A DNA stretch of 64,000 nucleotides from Glaucostegus cemiculus (taxonomy: Eukaryota). The notes below the pieces were generated by a model. It did not search any database, had not been told where the DNA came from, and saw only the letters and a list, made by a program, of their open reading frames with translations. The stretch covers positions 186,001 through 250,000 of the forward strand of contig CDPCPM010000041.1 of the NCBI GenBank assembly GCA_976551045.1, in the 5' to 3' direction. This document shows, in pieces, positions 29,038 through 44,000 of this stretch. Position 1 is the first letter of the stretch. Every line of letters starts with the position of its first letter. A program made the position numbers and the translations under genes.

Positions 29038-32000
29038 CAGATATAGATAAAGTGACAGAGAGAGAGAGACATATAGAGAGACAGACAGGTAGACAGACAG
29101 ACAGGGAATGCACTCCAAAGCACAGATTGTCCCTCCCGTTTTGCTGTTACCGAAACTGCGCATATTTGCAAGATAATCAAAATGAGATGTAACTGCTCTC
29201 TTCTATAGTCTGTAGCATGGCAGCTGAGACCATCCCACACCTCTTGAGAATTGCAAGGGTCAGGAAGGGTGTTATACCCTGAGAGGGTTCTCATTCGTCG
29301 TCTAAAGCATTAAAGTCTCCGACCCTCCACTCCCTTATGCCCTGCAATGTTTTACACCACCCTATGCCACCGCACTGGGACCGGTGCTGCCGGGAAGCGT
29401 ACCTGTGCAATAAGCGGAGTTTCTGGGTGTTTTCTTCAGCTCATAGACAACGTAATCGGTGCAGTTTTTTATCTTGATCTCCTGAGTGCTTTTGCACGTG
29501 TCGTTCCCTCCACTGAAACAAACTGTCCTGTTCACCACTCCCTGCTCCACGGTGGGATGGAGACCTGTAAATATTGCAGAGTGTAAGTCACGTCAGTACT
29601 GCGGTATGGAAATGTGAGTGTCGGGCTATTGATAATTCTGACCCAACCTTTTATCCAGCCGGGATGTGCCGTGGAGCAGTTATACTCCGCGATCCGACTC
29701 CCTGGAATCTTCCATCCGCCGAAACTGCAAGAACAACCAAAGTGACTTCGCTTCATCTGCTGTGTCTGGAGACAGTGACTGCACACTGGGGCCTATCTTA
29801 TGACCGCCTCCCCTTTCAGCTCAATTCTAGACACAAACATATTCCGGGAATACCCCTGAACGCACAAATCCCGATTGTTGCCATACATGTATCCCCAGGT
29901 TCCGTCCTAACTTCCGTAGCTGATGGCCATTAGCCACAATAAGAGCCGGAAGCACCCTGGCGCAGCTGGGAGTGTCGCTGCCTCACAGCGCCGCTGACCG
30001 GGTCTCAAGCCTCTGCTGCCGTCTGTGTGGAGTTTGCACGCTATCTCCGCGATCACGTGGTTTTCTTCCGAGTGCCCTGCATCCCTGCCATATCCCAACT
30101 ACTGTTGTCATCGGAGAATAACTGGCCACTGTCAATAGCCGCTGGTGCGCAGGTGAGTGGCAACCTCTGGCGTCGTTTCATATGAATGTGGAACGAATAT
30201 AGAACTTGGTCCAAGTGTCGGCCTGATATTCGGTACGCACACGGTGCGCCGAAGGGACTGCTACCGTGCTGTATGTTTCCAGTCGAATTCACCTACTCTC
30301 TCCTAATGTTCTGGCTGCATTACCTCTTCCCATGCATGACATCCTCAGTTCCCTGATCCGCGACGGCCCTGACCCGAGAACGCAACGCATCAGCCCTTTC
30401 TTGGTACCATCATTTTATACTGCGGAAGCTCTGCTAACTCACGGTCCCTCTCCCATATCCCACTCCATCCTATATTTACCCCACATGGACACAGTCCCCT
30501 GTTCCCACCAGGTCGGTCGCCACAACGAAGCACCGTTGTTCCCTCATCCTGCACTCATTCTGTGAGACTGTCCCCACCTTCCATCACTCCCACGCGTTCT
30601 ACCATTCACGCAAGCGATGCAGCCTCTGATCGGATCGGCCCGGACTAGTCTGGACACCAGGTAACCGGCCAGGACACGCTTGATCACAGGGAGAGCTTTG
30701 AATCTCCACACAGACAGCGGCCCAGGTCAGCACGGAGACCCGGACACTGGAGCTCCGAAGAGGCAATTCCATGACCCGAGCCAAATGTGCCTCCCACCTT
30801 CTATTGCTCTCGTTCGTCACTCTGGATTCTCCTCTGATCCACGAACCGCGATGTACCTGCATGCAGAGGCTGAAAGAACCCGCTTTCATCTGTCCTACTC
30901 ATGCACCGTTGCACTGAAGGAGGATTGGGGACACCTTGTATTTTCCGTTATAACTGTTCCCATTTGTTATTTACACCTTTCTCTGCCACTTCCCTCACTT
31001 TACCTGTTAAACCTGTACCATCCATATTCAAGTCTGTTATCACTCCTAGACGGAAACGTGCAATAATTTGCTTTGTAGTCCGTGCGCCTCCAAGTCTGCT
31101 CCAGGACTGCATGAATGACACACGGGTCAGAGCGAGCGGAGTCCGCGGCTGAACAACAGAATCAAACTCAGTGTGAGTATCACCTGCAGTTCACACGTTA
31201 AGAGAACGTCTGAACACCGAAGTGTCACTGAATCAGAGAGTGGGACGGCGGAGCCACGGGCCCTTTCGGCCCACCTCGTCCCTGCCCACCGAGATGCCCA
31301 TCAACTCCAAACGCATTTGCCTGCATTCGCTCCGCAAACCTCTCTCCTATCGAATTACCCGCACAACGGTTCTTATTATTCTCGCCTCCACCGCTTCCTC
31401 TGGCAGGTCAAAGGTAACCACCACCCTCTGTGTGAGAATACTGACACCTCAGGTTCTCTTTACCTCTCTCCCCTCTCACCTGAGACCTCTGGCCTCGCTG
31501 TCTCTCTGGAAAAGGACGCTGTCCATCGGTCCTATCTGTGTTCCTCATGACTTTATAGAAAACAGGGAGCTCGATTGCTCGATGCTTCGATAGCATGAAA
31601 GAAAATAGATGCATANNNNNNNNNNNNNNNNNNNNNNNNNNNNNNNNNNNNNNNNNNNNNNNNNNNNNNNNNNNNNNNNNNNNNNNNNNNNNNNNNNNNN
31701 NNNNNNNNNNNNNNNNNNNNNNNNNNNNNNNNNNNNNNNNNNNNNNNNNNNNNNNNNNNNNNNNNNNNNNNNNNNNNNNNNNNNNNNNNNNNNNNNNNNN
31801 NNNNNNNTATATGTAAATAGAAAGACTGGAGGGAAATGGATGGATATACAGATTGCTGGAGGGAGAAACAGATAGATAGATAAGCGAGACAGAACGATAG
31901 ATAGACGGATAGAAACCTTTCCCGTGTATCGTGGGGAGAATGACGCTGTCCATTTGTCCTATCTGTGACCCTCATGAGTTTAAAAACATCTTCCAGATCA

Positions 32001-35000
32001 GCCTTCAGCCTCCTTCATCAGAGTTGCAGCCCACCTCATCCATTCTCCCCTTGTTAACACGGTACCCCCATTCCAGGCAACACCCTGCCGAGCATCTTCC
32101 ACTACACCTTTCTGACTGTTTCTTGCTGCCATTTGCTTGCTGTTATCGGGCGACTGGAACTGCGCACAAAATGCAGTCGGACCAATGTTTTCCAGAGTTA
32201 TAACATAACGTGCCAATCACTGCACTGATTACCCGGCCAATGGAGCAAACCTGTCAAACACCTTCCGAATTATCTACCCGTATTGCCACTTGCAGTACGC
32301 GGTTCGCGTGCACTCCTTGGTACCTCAGGAAATCTTGTCTCGGTGCCGGTGTCCAAACTGAGAGTCCCTCTTTGACGTTCAATTACGTCACCCAATTCAG
32401 AGCAGTAAAGCGTTGGAGCTGTCGTCACCAGCGCATTTGTGACCAGCTCCCTCTTGGGAATACAAAGTGGAATTTTCGAACCGGAAGTCACGGGCTCGCT
32501 CTTCCATATTCATGGGTGTAGATATATTCCCCAGAGAGCAAGGTATATGGGTAGGTAGGTAGATAGAACTATAGNNNNNNNNNNNNNNNNNNNNNNNNNN
32601 NNNNNNNNNNNNNNNNNNNNNNNNNNNNNNNNNNNNNNNNNNNNNNNNNNNNNNNNNNNNNNNNNNNNNNNNNNNNNNNNNNNNNNNNNNNNNNNNNNNN
32701 NNNNNNNNNNNNNNNNNNNNNNNNNNNNNNNNNNNNNNNNNNNNNNNNNNNNNNNNNNNNNNNNNNNNNNNNNNNNNNNNNNNNNNNNNNNNNNACAGTG
32801 ACCCTACTTATGCCACCACACTGGGACCGGTGCGGCCGGTAAGTGTACCTGTGCAATAAGCGGAGTCTTTATCTGTTTTCTTCAGCTCATAGACAATGTA
32901 ATCGGTGCAGTTTTTGATCTTGATCTCCCGAGTCCATTGGCATGCACCGTTCCCTTCGCTGAAGCAAACTGTGCTGTTCACCACTCCCTGACCCACGGTG
33001 GGATGGGGACCTGTAAATATCGCAGAGTGTAACTCAGATCATTGCCGCGGAATGGGAATATGAATATTCGGGATGCTGTAAATTCTGACACTACCTTGTA
33101 TCCAGCCGGGATGTTTCGTGGAGCAGTTATACTTCGAGATACGAGTCTCGGGAATCTTCCATCCGCCGGAACTGTAACAACAAGCACAGCATCTGCATCC
33201 GAACTCTTCGCTTGATCAACTGTGAGAATGGCTGGTGTGCGGAGAGGGAGACTGGAGACTGGGGCGTAACTTGTAACTCCCTCCCCTCCCTGCGTAATTG
33301 TACATGCAGATCTATCCCGAAAATCATCCTGCACAACCAAGTCCCGATTGCTGCCCCATCTTGTATCCCCAGCTCCTGTCCTCACATCTGTTTCTGATGG
33401 ACATCGGCCACCAGCGATGCGGGCGGCACCGTGGAGTAGCTGGGAGTTCGTTGCCTCACAGCGCCAGTGACCTAACTCTCAGGCCTCTGCTGCCGTCCGT
33501 GTGGAATTTGCACGCTAACTCCGCGATCACGTGGTTTTCCTCCGCGTGCCCTGCATTCCTGCCACGTCCCAACTACTGGTGGCTTGGGAGATTAATTGGC
33601 CACTGTCAATGGCCGCTGGTGCGCCGGTGAGTGGCAGCTTCTGCGATCGTTCCATATCACTATGGGTCGAATAGAGAATTTGCTGTGAATGTCTATTTGA
33701 TGCTGTGTGCGCACCAGCTGAGCCGAAGATACTGTTTCCGTGCAGAATTTTTCCAATAGAATTCACCTACTCTTTCTTCAAGATCTGTCCGCATTACCTC
33801 TTCCCATGCCAGGTGTGTAAGGAGATGAGAGATATTGATAGGGTAGATAGACCTTTCTGCAGGTCTGAAATGGTGGACACAAGAGGACATAGATTTAAGA
33901 TGCTGGGGGAGGGGGGGTCGGAAGATATAGGGGAGATGTTAGGGGGTGAGTGTTTTCCTCAGAGAGTGGTGAGTGCGTGGAATGGGCTGCCGGAGATGGT
34001 GGTGGAGGCGGATACGATCGGGCCTTTCAAGAGACTGTTGGATAGGTACATGGAAGTAAATAAGATAGAAGGCTATGGGCAAGCCTAATAGTGTGGGGAC
34101 ATGTACGGCACAGCTTTGTGTGCCGAAGGGCCTGAATTGTGCTGTAGGTATCTATGTTCTATGTTCATGCCGACGCCCTCAGTTTCCTGATCTCCGGCTG
34201 CCTTGACCTTGACCTTGACCTGCATCCGCCGTTTCTTGTTTATCATTATTTTGTTCTGTCCCTGTTTTCCATTCCAGCTTCTGAGATCGTTTCACAGAAA
34301 CGTGGGGCGAATAGAGAAGTCGGTGTAAACGGCTGCCTGTTGCTGAGTGCGCACACGCTGAGCCGGAGGGACTGTTTCCGAGCTACGGTTTTCCAGCCGA
34401 ATTCAGCAACTGTCTATTAATGCTGTAGCTGAATTACCTCTACCATGCTGTCATCTTTAGTCCCCTACTCTGCGGCGGCCTTGAGTCGAGAACGCAACGC
34501 ATCCGCCGATTCCTGTTTACCATCATTTGATTCTGCAGAATCTCTGGCAACTCTGGCAACTGTTAAGGGATTGGACAAGATAGAGACAGGAAATTTGTTC
34601 CAGATGTTGGGGAAGTCCAGGACCAGAGGGCATGATTTAAGAGTAAGGGGTAGGCCATTTAGGACAGAGGTGAGGAAAAACTTCTTCTCCCAGAGGGTTG
34701 TGAGTTTGTGGAACGCACTGCCTCAGAGGGCAGTGGAGGCCAATTCTCTGGGCACTTTCAAGAAGGAGCTAGATAGGTTTCTTATAGATAGGGGAATCAA
34801 GGGATATGGGGACAAGGTAGGAACGGGATATTGAGTGTTGAGGATCAGCCATGATCTCCAAATTGCGGGGCAGACTAGAAGGGCCGAATGGTCTACTTCT
34901 GCTCCTATTGTCTATTGTCTATAACTCACCGTTGCTGTCCCATATCTCACTCCATCCCAGAAGTATCCCACACGGACACCGTCCATTGCTCCCAGCAGGG

Positions 35001-38000
35001 TGAGGGCGGACACGAAGCACCTTTCCTCGCTCATCCTACACTCATTCGGCGAGACTTCCCCCACCTTCCATCCAACTTCCAAGGGTTCTACCATTCAAGA
35101 TAGTGATGCAGCCGCTAATTGTATCGGCCCGGATTCGTCTGGACACAAGAGAGCTGGCCTGGACACCAGCTTGATCACAGGGAGAGCTAGCAAACTCCAC
35201 ACAGACAGCGGTCGAGGTCACCCCGGAGCCTCGGTCACTGGAGCTGCGACGCAGCAGTTCCATGAGCCGAGACAGCGTGCCTTCTATTGATCTCTTCCAT
35301 CACTCTATATTCTGCTATGAAACACGAAACGCAGATTATCTGCATGTAGAGACTGGCTGAACCCGTTTACCTGTTCCAACCCATGTACCGTGGCACTGAA
35401 CTACGATTGGGGAAGCCCTGTATATTCAGTTGTAACTGCTCCCCTCCGTTATTTACTCCTTTCTTTGCTACTTCAGTCACTTTACCTTTTAAACCTGTAC
35501 CATCCATATTCAAGTTTGTCATCACTCCTAGTTGGATCCGTGCATTCCTTTCCTTTGCAATCCGAGCTCCTCCAGGGCTCGTCCAGGACTGTGTGACTGA
35601 CACACGGGTCAGAGCGAGCGGAGTCCGCAGCTGAACAACAGAATCACGCGGAGTGTGAGTCTCACCGGCAGTCGACGTGTTGCGTGGACGACTGAACACC
35701 GAAGTTGCACCGAATCACGTAATCGGACGGCGGAGCGATGGGCCCTTTCGGCCCATCTCGTCCGTGATATCCGTGATATGCATTAACTCGAATCCCATTT
35801 GACTGCATTCGCCTCGTAACCCTCTGCTCCTATCCAAGTACCAACACAAAGATTGTTACTGTTCTGGCCTCCACCACTTCCCCTGGCAGGTGAGAGGTCA
35901 GCACCGCCCTCTGTGTGAGAACTTACTCCTCAGAGTCTCTTCACTCTCCCCCCTCGCTCCTCTGTTACGGGATAAGGACAATGTCCACGATCGCCACTTC
36001 CAGTGCGCGGCTCACGCGTGTTCTCAGGACCCACGAGATATCCCCTTTCTCTCTCCCCCCCCCCCGCTCAGTCTCTGTATCCAACCTGAGCTTCCATCTT
36101 TGACGTTCAATGACGTCACGCAAATGAGAGCTGTGAAGTCTTGGACCTGTCGTGTGTCAGGCCAGCTTTCCCTTGGGAATATAAGGTGGAATTCTCGAAC
36201 CGGAAGTCTTGGAGGTAGACATCTTCCCCTGAGAGCAAGGTATATATTGTAGATACATAGATAAATATGTAGGCAGACAGATGGATACATAGATATGTAG
36301 CCAGAAATATAGACAGAGAGAGAGAGAGAGAGATAGCTGAATAGACAGATAGACAGATAAGTAGACCGACAGTGACAGATGGAGAGACAGACAGGTAGAC
36401 AGACAGACTGAAGGGCGCAGAGTCGGACTTGCAGACCGACAGAGAGTTGGAGCGTTGGAAACAGAAAAATGCACTCCGAAGCACAGATTGTCTTTCACGT
36501 TCTGCTGTTACCGAAACTGCGCATATTTACAAGGCAATTCAATGACGAAGTGGCGGCTTCCTTCTATTGTCTATGAAATGTCAGGTGAGTCCAGCCCCCA
36601 CCACTGGGCATGGTTGGGGTGAGGAAAGCAGATAGACACTGGGTGGGTCCTCATTCGTCATCTACAGCTTTATAGTTCCAGAACCTCCTTCCCCTGAAGC
36701 CCTGGATCTCTTTCTCTGACCCTCCTTGTGCCACCACACTGGGACCGGTGCAGCCGGGAAGTGTACCTGTGCAATAAGCAGAGTCTTTGTCTGTTTTCTT
36801 CAGCTGATAGACGACGTAATCGGTGCAGTTTTTAATCTTGATCTCCTTCGTCCATTCACAGGCGCTGTTCTCTTTGCTGAAACAAACTGTGCGGTTTACC
36901 ACTCCCTGCCCCACGGCGGGATGGGGACCTGTAAATATTGCCGAGCGTAACTCACATGAGTACTGCGGAATAGGAATATGAATGTTCGGGATGTTGTAAA
37001 TTCTCACCCTACCTTGTATCCAGCCGGGATGTTCCGTGGAGCAGTGATCCTCTGAGATACGAGTCTCGGGAATCTTCCATCCTCCGGAACTGCAAGAACA
37101 ACCACAGCGTCTGCATCCGATCTCCTCGCTTCATCATCTGTGAGAATGGCTGGTGTCCGGAGAGCGAGACTGCACACTCGGAACTAACTTCTGACCCCTC
37201 CCCTCCCTGCTCGAATTCAACACACAGATCTCTTCCGGAAATCATCCTGCACGCAACGTCCCGATTGCTGCCCCCACATATATCCCCGGGTCCTCTCCTA
37301 ACTTCTCTACCTGATGGACATCCGTCACCGTCAGGGCGGGAGGCACCCTGGCGTAGCTGGGAGGGCCGCTGCCTCACAGCGCCGGTGACCTGGTCTCAAG
37401 CATCCACTGTCCTCTGTGTGGAGTTTGCACGTCATCTCCGCGACCACGCTGATTTCCTCCGAGTGCCCGCATTCCCACCACATCCCAACACCGTGTGGCT
37501 TCGAAGATTAACTGGCCACTGTCAGTGGCCGCTGGTGCTCAGGTGAGAGGCAGCTTCTGACATCGTTTCATGTCAATTTGGGACGAATAGAGAATTTGGT
37601 GTAAATGTAGGTTTACCTGGAGGGCCGAAGGGCCTGTTTCCTTGCTGTATCTTTCCAGTCGAATTCACCTGATCTCTTAATGTTCTAGCTGCATTACCTC
37701 TCCCAATGCTGATATCCTCAGGGCCCTGATCTCCGACGGCCTTGAGCCTTGAGCCCTTCCTTGTTTACCCTTCTGCGTAAGTCCCGCTAACTCGGTTATC
37801 CCTGTCCCATCTCCCACTCCATCCTATATCTATCCCACACGAACACACAAGGGCGGCGGCGACCTTTTCCCGCTCATCCTGTACTCATTCGGTGAGACTG
37901 TCCCCACTTCCCATCCGATTCCTACTGGTTCTGCCATTCACGCTAGCGACACAGCCTCTGATCATATCGGCCCGGACCCGCGTGGACACAAGAGAACCGG

Positions 38001-41000
38001 CCAGGACGCCAGCTTGATCACAGGGAGAGCTTGTAAACTCCACGCAGACAGCGGTGGAGGTCAGCCCGGAGACGCGGTCACTGGGGCTGCGAAGCAGCGG
38101 TTCCATGAGCCGAGACAAATGCGCCTCTCACCTTCTATTGCTCTCCTCCATAGCTCTATATTCTGCTCCGAACCACGAAACGCAGATTATCTGCACGTAG
38201 AGGCTTGGATGAACCCGTTTACCTCTGTCAGACAAATGTACTGTGCACTGAAGGAAGATTGGGGGCGCCCTGTATTTGCTGTTGTAACTGTTCCCCTCCT
38301 TTATCTATCTATTTGTTAGTCTGTCCTATATTGATCCACCTATCTATCTATCAATCCATTTATTTTCTAACAATCTATTTAACGATCTAGCTCTTTTCTA
38401 TCCATCTCTCTATCCATCTATCTGTCTCTGACTGTGGATATATCTACTTATATATCTGTGTATCCATCTGTCTGTCTATGTCTATCTATGTTTACTGCTT
38501 TCTCTGCCATTTGCATATTCCGTTATAACCGTTCCTCTCTGTTATTTACAGCACCTTTTCCACTTCCTTCACTTTACCTTTTAAACCTGTACCATCCATA
38601 TTCAAGTTTGTCATCACTCTTAGTTGGATCCGTGCATTCCTTTCTTTGGCAATCCGAGCTCCTCCAGGGCTCGTCCAGGACTGTGTGACTGACACACGGG
38701 TCAGAGCGAGCGGAGTCCGCAGCTGAACAACAGAATCACGCGGAGTGTGAGTATCACCGGCAGTCGACGTGTTGCGTGGACGACTGAACACCGAAGTTGC
38801 ACCGAATCACGTAATCGGACGGCGGAGCGATGGGCCCTTTCGGCCCATCTCGTCCGTGATATCCGTGATATGCATTAACTCGAATCCCATTTGACTGCAT
38901 TCGCCTCGTAACCCTCTGCTCCTATCCAAGTACCAACACAAAGATTGTTACTGTTCTGGCCTCCACCACTTCCCCTGGCAGGTGAGAGGTCAGCACCGCC
39001 CTCTGTGTAAGAACTTACTCCTCAGAGTCTCTTCACTCTCCCCCCTCGCTCCTCTGTTACGGGATAAGGACAATGTCCACGATCGCCACTTCCAGTGCGC
39101 GGCTCACGCGTGTTCTCAGGACCCTCGAGATATCCCCTTTCTCTCTCCCCCCCGCTCAGTCCCTGTATCCATCCTGAGCTTCCATCTTTGACGTTCAATG
39201 ACGTCACGCAAATGAGAGCTGTGAAGTCTTGGACCTGTCGTGTGTCAGGCCAGCTCTCCCTTGGGAATATAAGGTGGAATTCTCGAACCGGAAGTCTTGG
39301 AGGTAGACATCTTCCCCTGAGAGCAAGGTATATATTGTAGATACATAGATCAATATGTAGGCAGACAGATGGATACATAGAAATGTAGCCAGAAATATAG
39401 ACAGAGAGAGAGAGAGATAGCTGAATAGACAGATAGACAGATAAGTAGACAGACAGTGACAGATGGAGAGACAGACAGGTAGACAGACAGACTGAAGGGC
39501 GCAGAGTCGGACTTGCAGACCGACAGAGAGTTGGAGCGTTGGAAACAGAAAAATGCACTCCGAAGCACAGATTGTCTTTCACGTTCTGCTGTTACCGAAA
39601 CTGCGCATATTTACAAGGCAATTCAATGACGAAGTGGCGGCTTCCTTCTATTGTCTATGAAATGTCAGGTGAGTCCAGCCCCCACCACTGGGCATGGTTG
39701 GGGTGAGGAAAGCAGATAGACACTGGGTGGGTCCTCATTCGTCATCTACAGCTTTATAGTTCCAGAACCTCCTTCCCCTGAAGCCCTGGATCTCTTTCTC
39801 TGACCCTCCTTGTGCCACCACACTGGGACCGGTGCAGCCGGGAAGTGTACCTGTGCAATAAGCAGAGTCTTTGTCTGTTTTCTTCAGCTGATAGACGACG
39901 TAATCGGTGCAGTTTTTAATCTTGATCTCCTTCGTCCATTCACAGGCGCTGTTCTCTTTGCTGAAACAAACTGTGCGGTTTACCACTCCCTGCCCCACGG
40001 CGGGATGGGGACCTGTAAATATTGCCGAGCGTAACTCACATGAGTACTGCGGAATAGGAATATGAATGTTCGGGATGTTGTAAATTCTCACCCTACCTTG
40101 TATCCAGCCGGGATGTTCCGTGGAGCAGTGATCCTCTGAGATACGAGTCTCGGGAATCTTCCATCCTCCGGAACTGCAAGAACAACCACAGCGTCTGCAT
40201 CCGATCTCCTCGCTTCATCATCTGTGAGAATGGCTGGTGTCCGGAGAGCGAGACTGCACACTCGGAACTAACTTCTGACCCCTCCCCTCCCTGCTCGAAT
40301 TCAACACACAGATCTCTTCCGGAAATCATCCTGCACGCAACGTCCCGATTGCTGCCCCCACATATATCCCCGGGTCCTCTCCTAACTTCTCTACCTGATG
40401 GACATCCGTCACCGTCAGGGCGGGAGGCACCCTGGCGTAGCTGGGAGGGCCGCTGCCTCACAGCGCCGGTGACCTGGTCTCAAGCATCCACTGTCCTCTG
40501 TGTGGAGTTTGCACGTCATCTCCGCGACCACGCTGATTTCCTCCGAGTGCCCGCATTCCCACCACATCCCAACACCGTGTGGCTTCGAAGATTAACTGGC
40601 CACTGTCAGTGGCCGCTGGTGCTCAGGTGAGAGGCAGCTTCTGACATCGTTTCATGTCAATTTGGGACGAATAGAGAATTTGGTGTAAATGTAGGTTTAC
40701 CTGGAGGGCCGAAGGGCCTGTTTCCTTGCTGTATCTTTCCAGTCGAATTCACCTGATCTCTTAATGTTCTAGCTGCATTACCTCTCCCAATGCTGATATC
40801 CTCAGGGCCCTGATCTCCGACGGCCTTGAGCCTTGAGCCCTTCCTTGTTTACCCTTCTGCGTAAGTCCCGCTAACTCGGTTATCCCTGTCCCATCTCCCA
40901 CTCCATCCTATATCTATCCCACACGAACACACAAGGGCGGCGGCGACCTTTTCCCGCTCATCCTGTACTCATTCGGTGAGACTGTCCCCACTTCCCATCC

Positions 41001-44000
41001 GATTCCTACTGGTTCTGCCATTCACGCTAGCGACACAGCCTCTGATCATATCGGCCCGGACCCGCGTGGACACAAGAGAACCGGCCAGGACGCCAGCTTG
41101 ATCACAGGGAGAGCTTGTAAACTCCACGCAGACAGCGGTGGAGGTCAGCCCGGAGACGCGGTCACTGGGGCTGCGAAGCAGCGGTTCCATGAGCCGAGAC
41201 AAATGCGCCTCTCACCTTCTATTGCTCTCCTCCATAGCTCTATATTCTGCTCCGAACCACGAAACGCAGATTATCTGCACGTAGAGGCTTGGATGAACCC
41301 GTTTACCTCTGTCAGACAAATGTACTGTGCACTGAAGGAAGATTGGGGGCGCCCTGTATTTGCTGTTGTAACTGTTCCCCTCCTTTATCTATCTATTTGT
41401 TAGTCTGTCCTATATTGATCCACCTATCTATCTATCAATCCATTTATTTTCTAACAATCTATTTAACGATCTAGCTCTTTTCTATCCATCTCTCTATCCA
41501 TCTATCTGTCTCTGACTGTGGATATATCTACTTATATATCTGTGTATCCATCTGTCTGTCTATGTCTATCTATGTTTACTGCTTTCTCTGCCATTTGCAT
41601 ATTCCGTTATAACCGTTCCTCTCTGTTATTTACAGCACCTTTTCCACTTCCTTCACTTTACCTTTTAAACCTGTACCATCCATATTCAAGTTTGTCATCA
41701 CTCTTAGTTGGATCCGTGCATTCCTTTCTTTGGCAATCCGAGCTCCTCCAGGGCTCGTCCAGGACTGTGTGACTGACACACGGGTCAGAGCGAGCGGAGT
41801 CCGCAGCTGAACAACAGAATCACGCGGAGTGTGAGTATCACCGGCAGTCGACGTGTTGCGTGGACGACTGAACACCGAAGTTGCACCGAATCACGTAATC
41901 GGACGGCGGAGCGATGGGCCCTTTCGGCCCATCTCGTCCGTGATATCCGTGATATGCATTAACTCGAATCCCATTTGACTGCATTCGCCTCGTAACCCTC
42001 TGCTCCTATCCAAGTACCAACACAAAGATTGTTACTGTTCTGGCCTCCACCACTTCCCCTGGCAGGTGAGAGGTCAGCACCGCCCTCTGTGTAAGAACTT
42101 ACTCCTCAGAGTCTCTTCACTCTCCCCCCTCGCTCCTCTGTTACGGGATAAGGACAATGTCCACGATCGCCACTTCCAGTGCGCGGCTCACGCGTGTTCT
42201 CAGGACCCTCGAGATATCCCCTTTCTCTCTCCCCCCCGCTCAGTCCCTGTATCCATCCTGAGCTTCCATCTTTGACGTTCAATGACGTCACGCAAATGAG
42301 AGCTGTGAAGTCTTGGACCTGTCGTGTGTCAGGCCAGCTCTCCCTTGGGAATATAAGGTGGAATTCTCGAACCGGAAGTCTTGGAGGTAGACATCTTCCC
42401 CTGAGAGCAAGGTATATATTGTAGATACATAGATCAATATGTAGGCAGACAGATGGATACATAGAAATGTAGCCAGAAATATAGACAGAGAGAGAGAGAG
42501 ATAGCTGAATAGACAGATAGACAGATAAGTAGACAGACAGTGACAGATGGAGAGACAGACAGGTAGACAGACAGACTGAAGGGCGCAGAGTCGGACTTGC
42601 AGACCGACAGAGAGTTGGAGCGTTGGAAACAGAAAAATGCACTCCGAAGCACAGATTGTCTTTCACGTTCTGCTGTTACCGAAACTGCGCATATTTACAA
42701 GGCAATTCAATGACGAAGTGGCGGCTTCCTTCTATTGTCTATGAAATGTCAGGTGAGTCCAGCCCCCACCACTGGGCATGGTTGGGGTGAGGAAAGCAGA
42801 TAGACACTGGGTGGGTCCTCATTCGTCATCTACAGCTTTATAGTTCCAGAACCTCCTTCCCCTGAAGCCCTGGATCTCTTTCTCTGACCCTCCTTGTGCC
42901 ACCACACTGGGACCGGTGCAGCCGGGAAGTGTACCTGTGCAATAAGCAGAGTCTTTGTCTGTTTTCTTCAGCTGATAGACGACGTAATCGGTGCAGTTTT
43001 TAATCTTGATCTCCTTCGTCCATTCACAGGCGCTGTTCTCTTTGCTGAAACAAACTGTGCGGTTTACCACTCCCTGCCCCACGGCGGGATGGGGACCTGT
43101 AAATATTGCCGAGCGTAACTCACATGAGTACTGCGGAATAGGAATATGAATGTTCGGGATGTTGTAAATTCTCACCCTACCTTGTATCCAGCCGGGATGT
43201 TCCGTGGAGCAGTGATCCTCTGAGATACGAGTCTCGGGAATCTTCCATCCTCCGGAACTGCAAGAACAACCACAGCGTCTGCATCCGATCTCCTCGCTTC
43301 ATCATCTGTGAGAATGGCTGGTGTCCGGAGAGCGAGACTGCACACTCGGAACTAACTTCTGACCCCTCCCCTCCCTGCTCGAATTCAACACACAGATCTC
43401 TTCCGGAAATCATCCTGCACGCAACGTCCCGATTGCTGCCCCCACATATATCCCCGGGTCCTCTCCTAACTTCTCTACCTGATGGACATCCGTCACCGTC
43501 AGGGCGGGAGGCACCCTGGCGTAGCTTGGAGGGCCGCTGCCTCACAGCGCCGGTGACCTGGTCTCAAGCATCCACTGTCCTCTGTGTGGAGTTTGCACGT
43601 CATCTCCGCGACCACGCTGATTTCCTCCGAGTGCCCGCATTCCCACCACATCCCAACACCGTGTGGCTTCGAAGATTAACTGGCCACTGTCAGTGGCCGC
43701 TGGTGCTCAGGTGAGAGGCAGCTTCTGACATCGTTTCATGTCAATTTGGGACGAATAGAGAATTTGGTGTAAATGTAGGTTTACCTGGAGGGCCGAAGGG
43801 CCTGTTTCCTTGCTGTATCTTTCCAGTCGAATTCACCTGATCTCTTAATGTTCTAGCTGCATTACCTCTCCCAATGCTGATATCCTCAGGGCCCTGATCT
43901 CCGACGGCCTTGAGCCTTGAGCCCTTCCTTGTTTACCCTTCTGCGTAAGTCCCGCTAACTCGGTTATCCCTGTCCCATCTCCCACTCCATCCTATATCTA

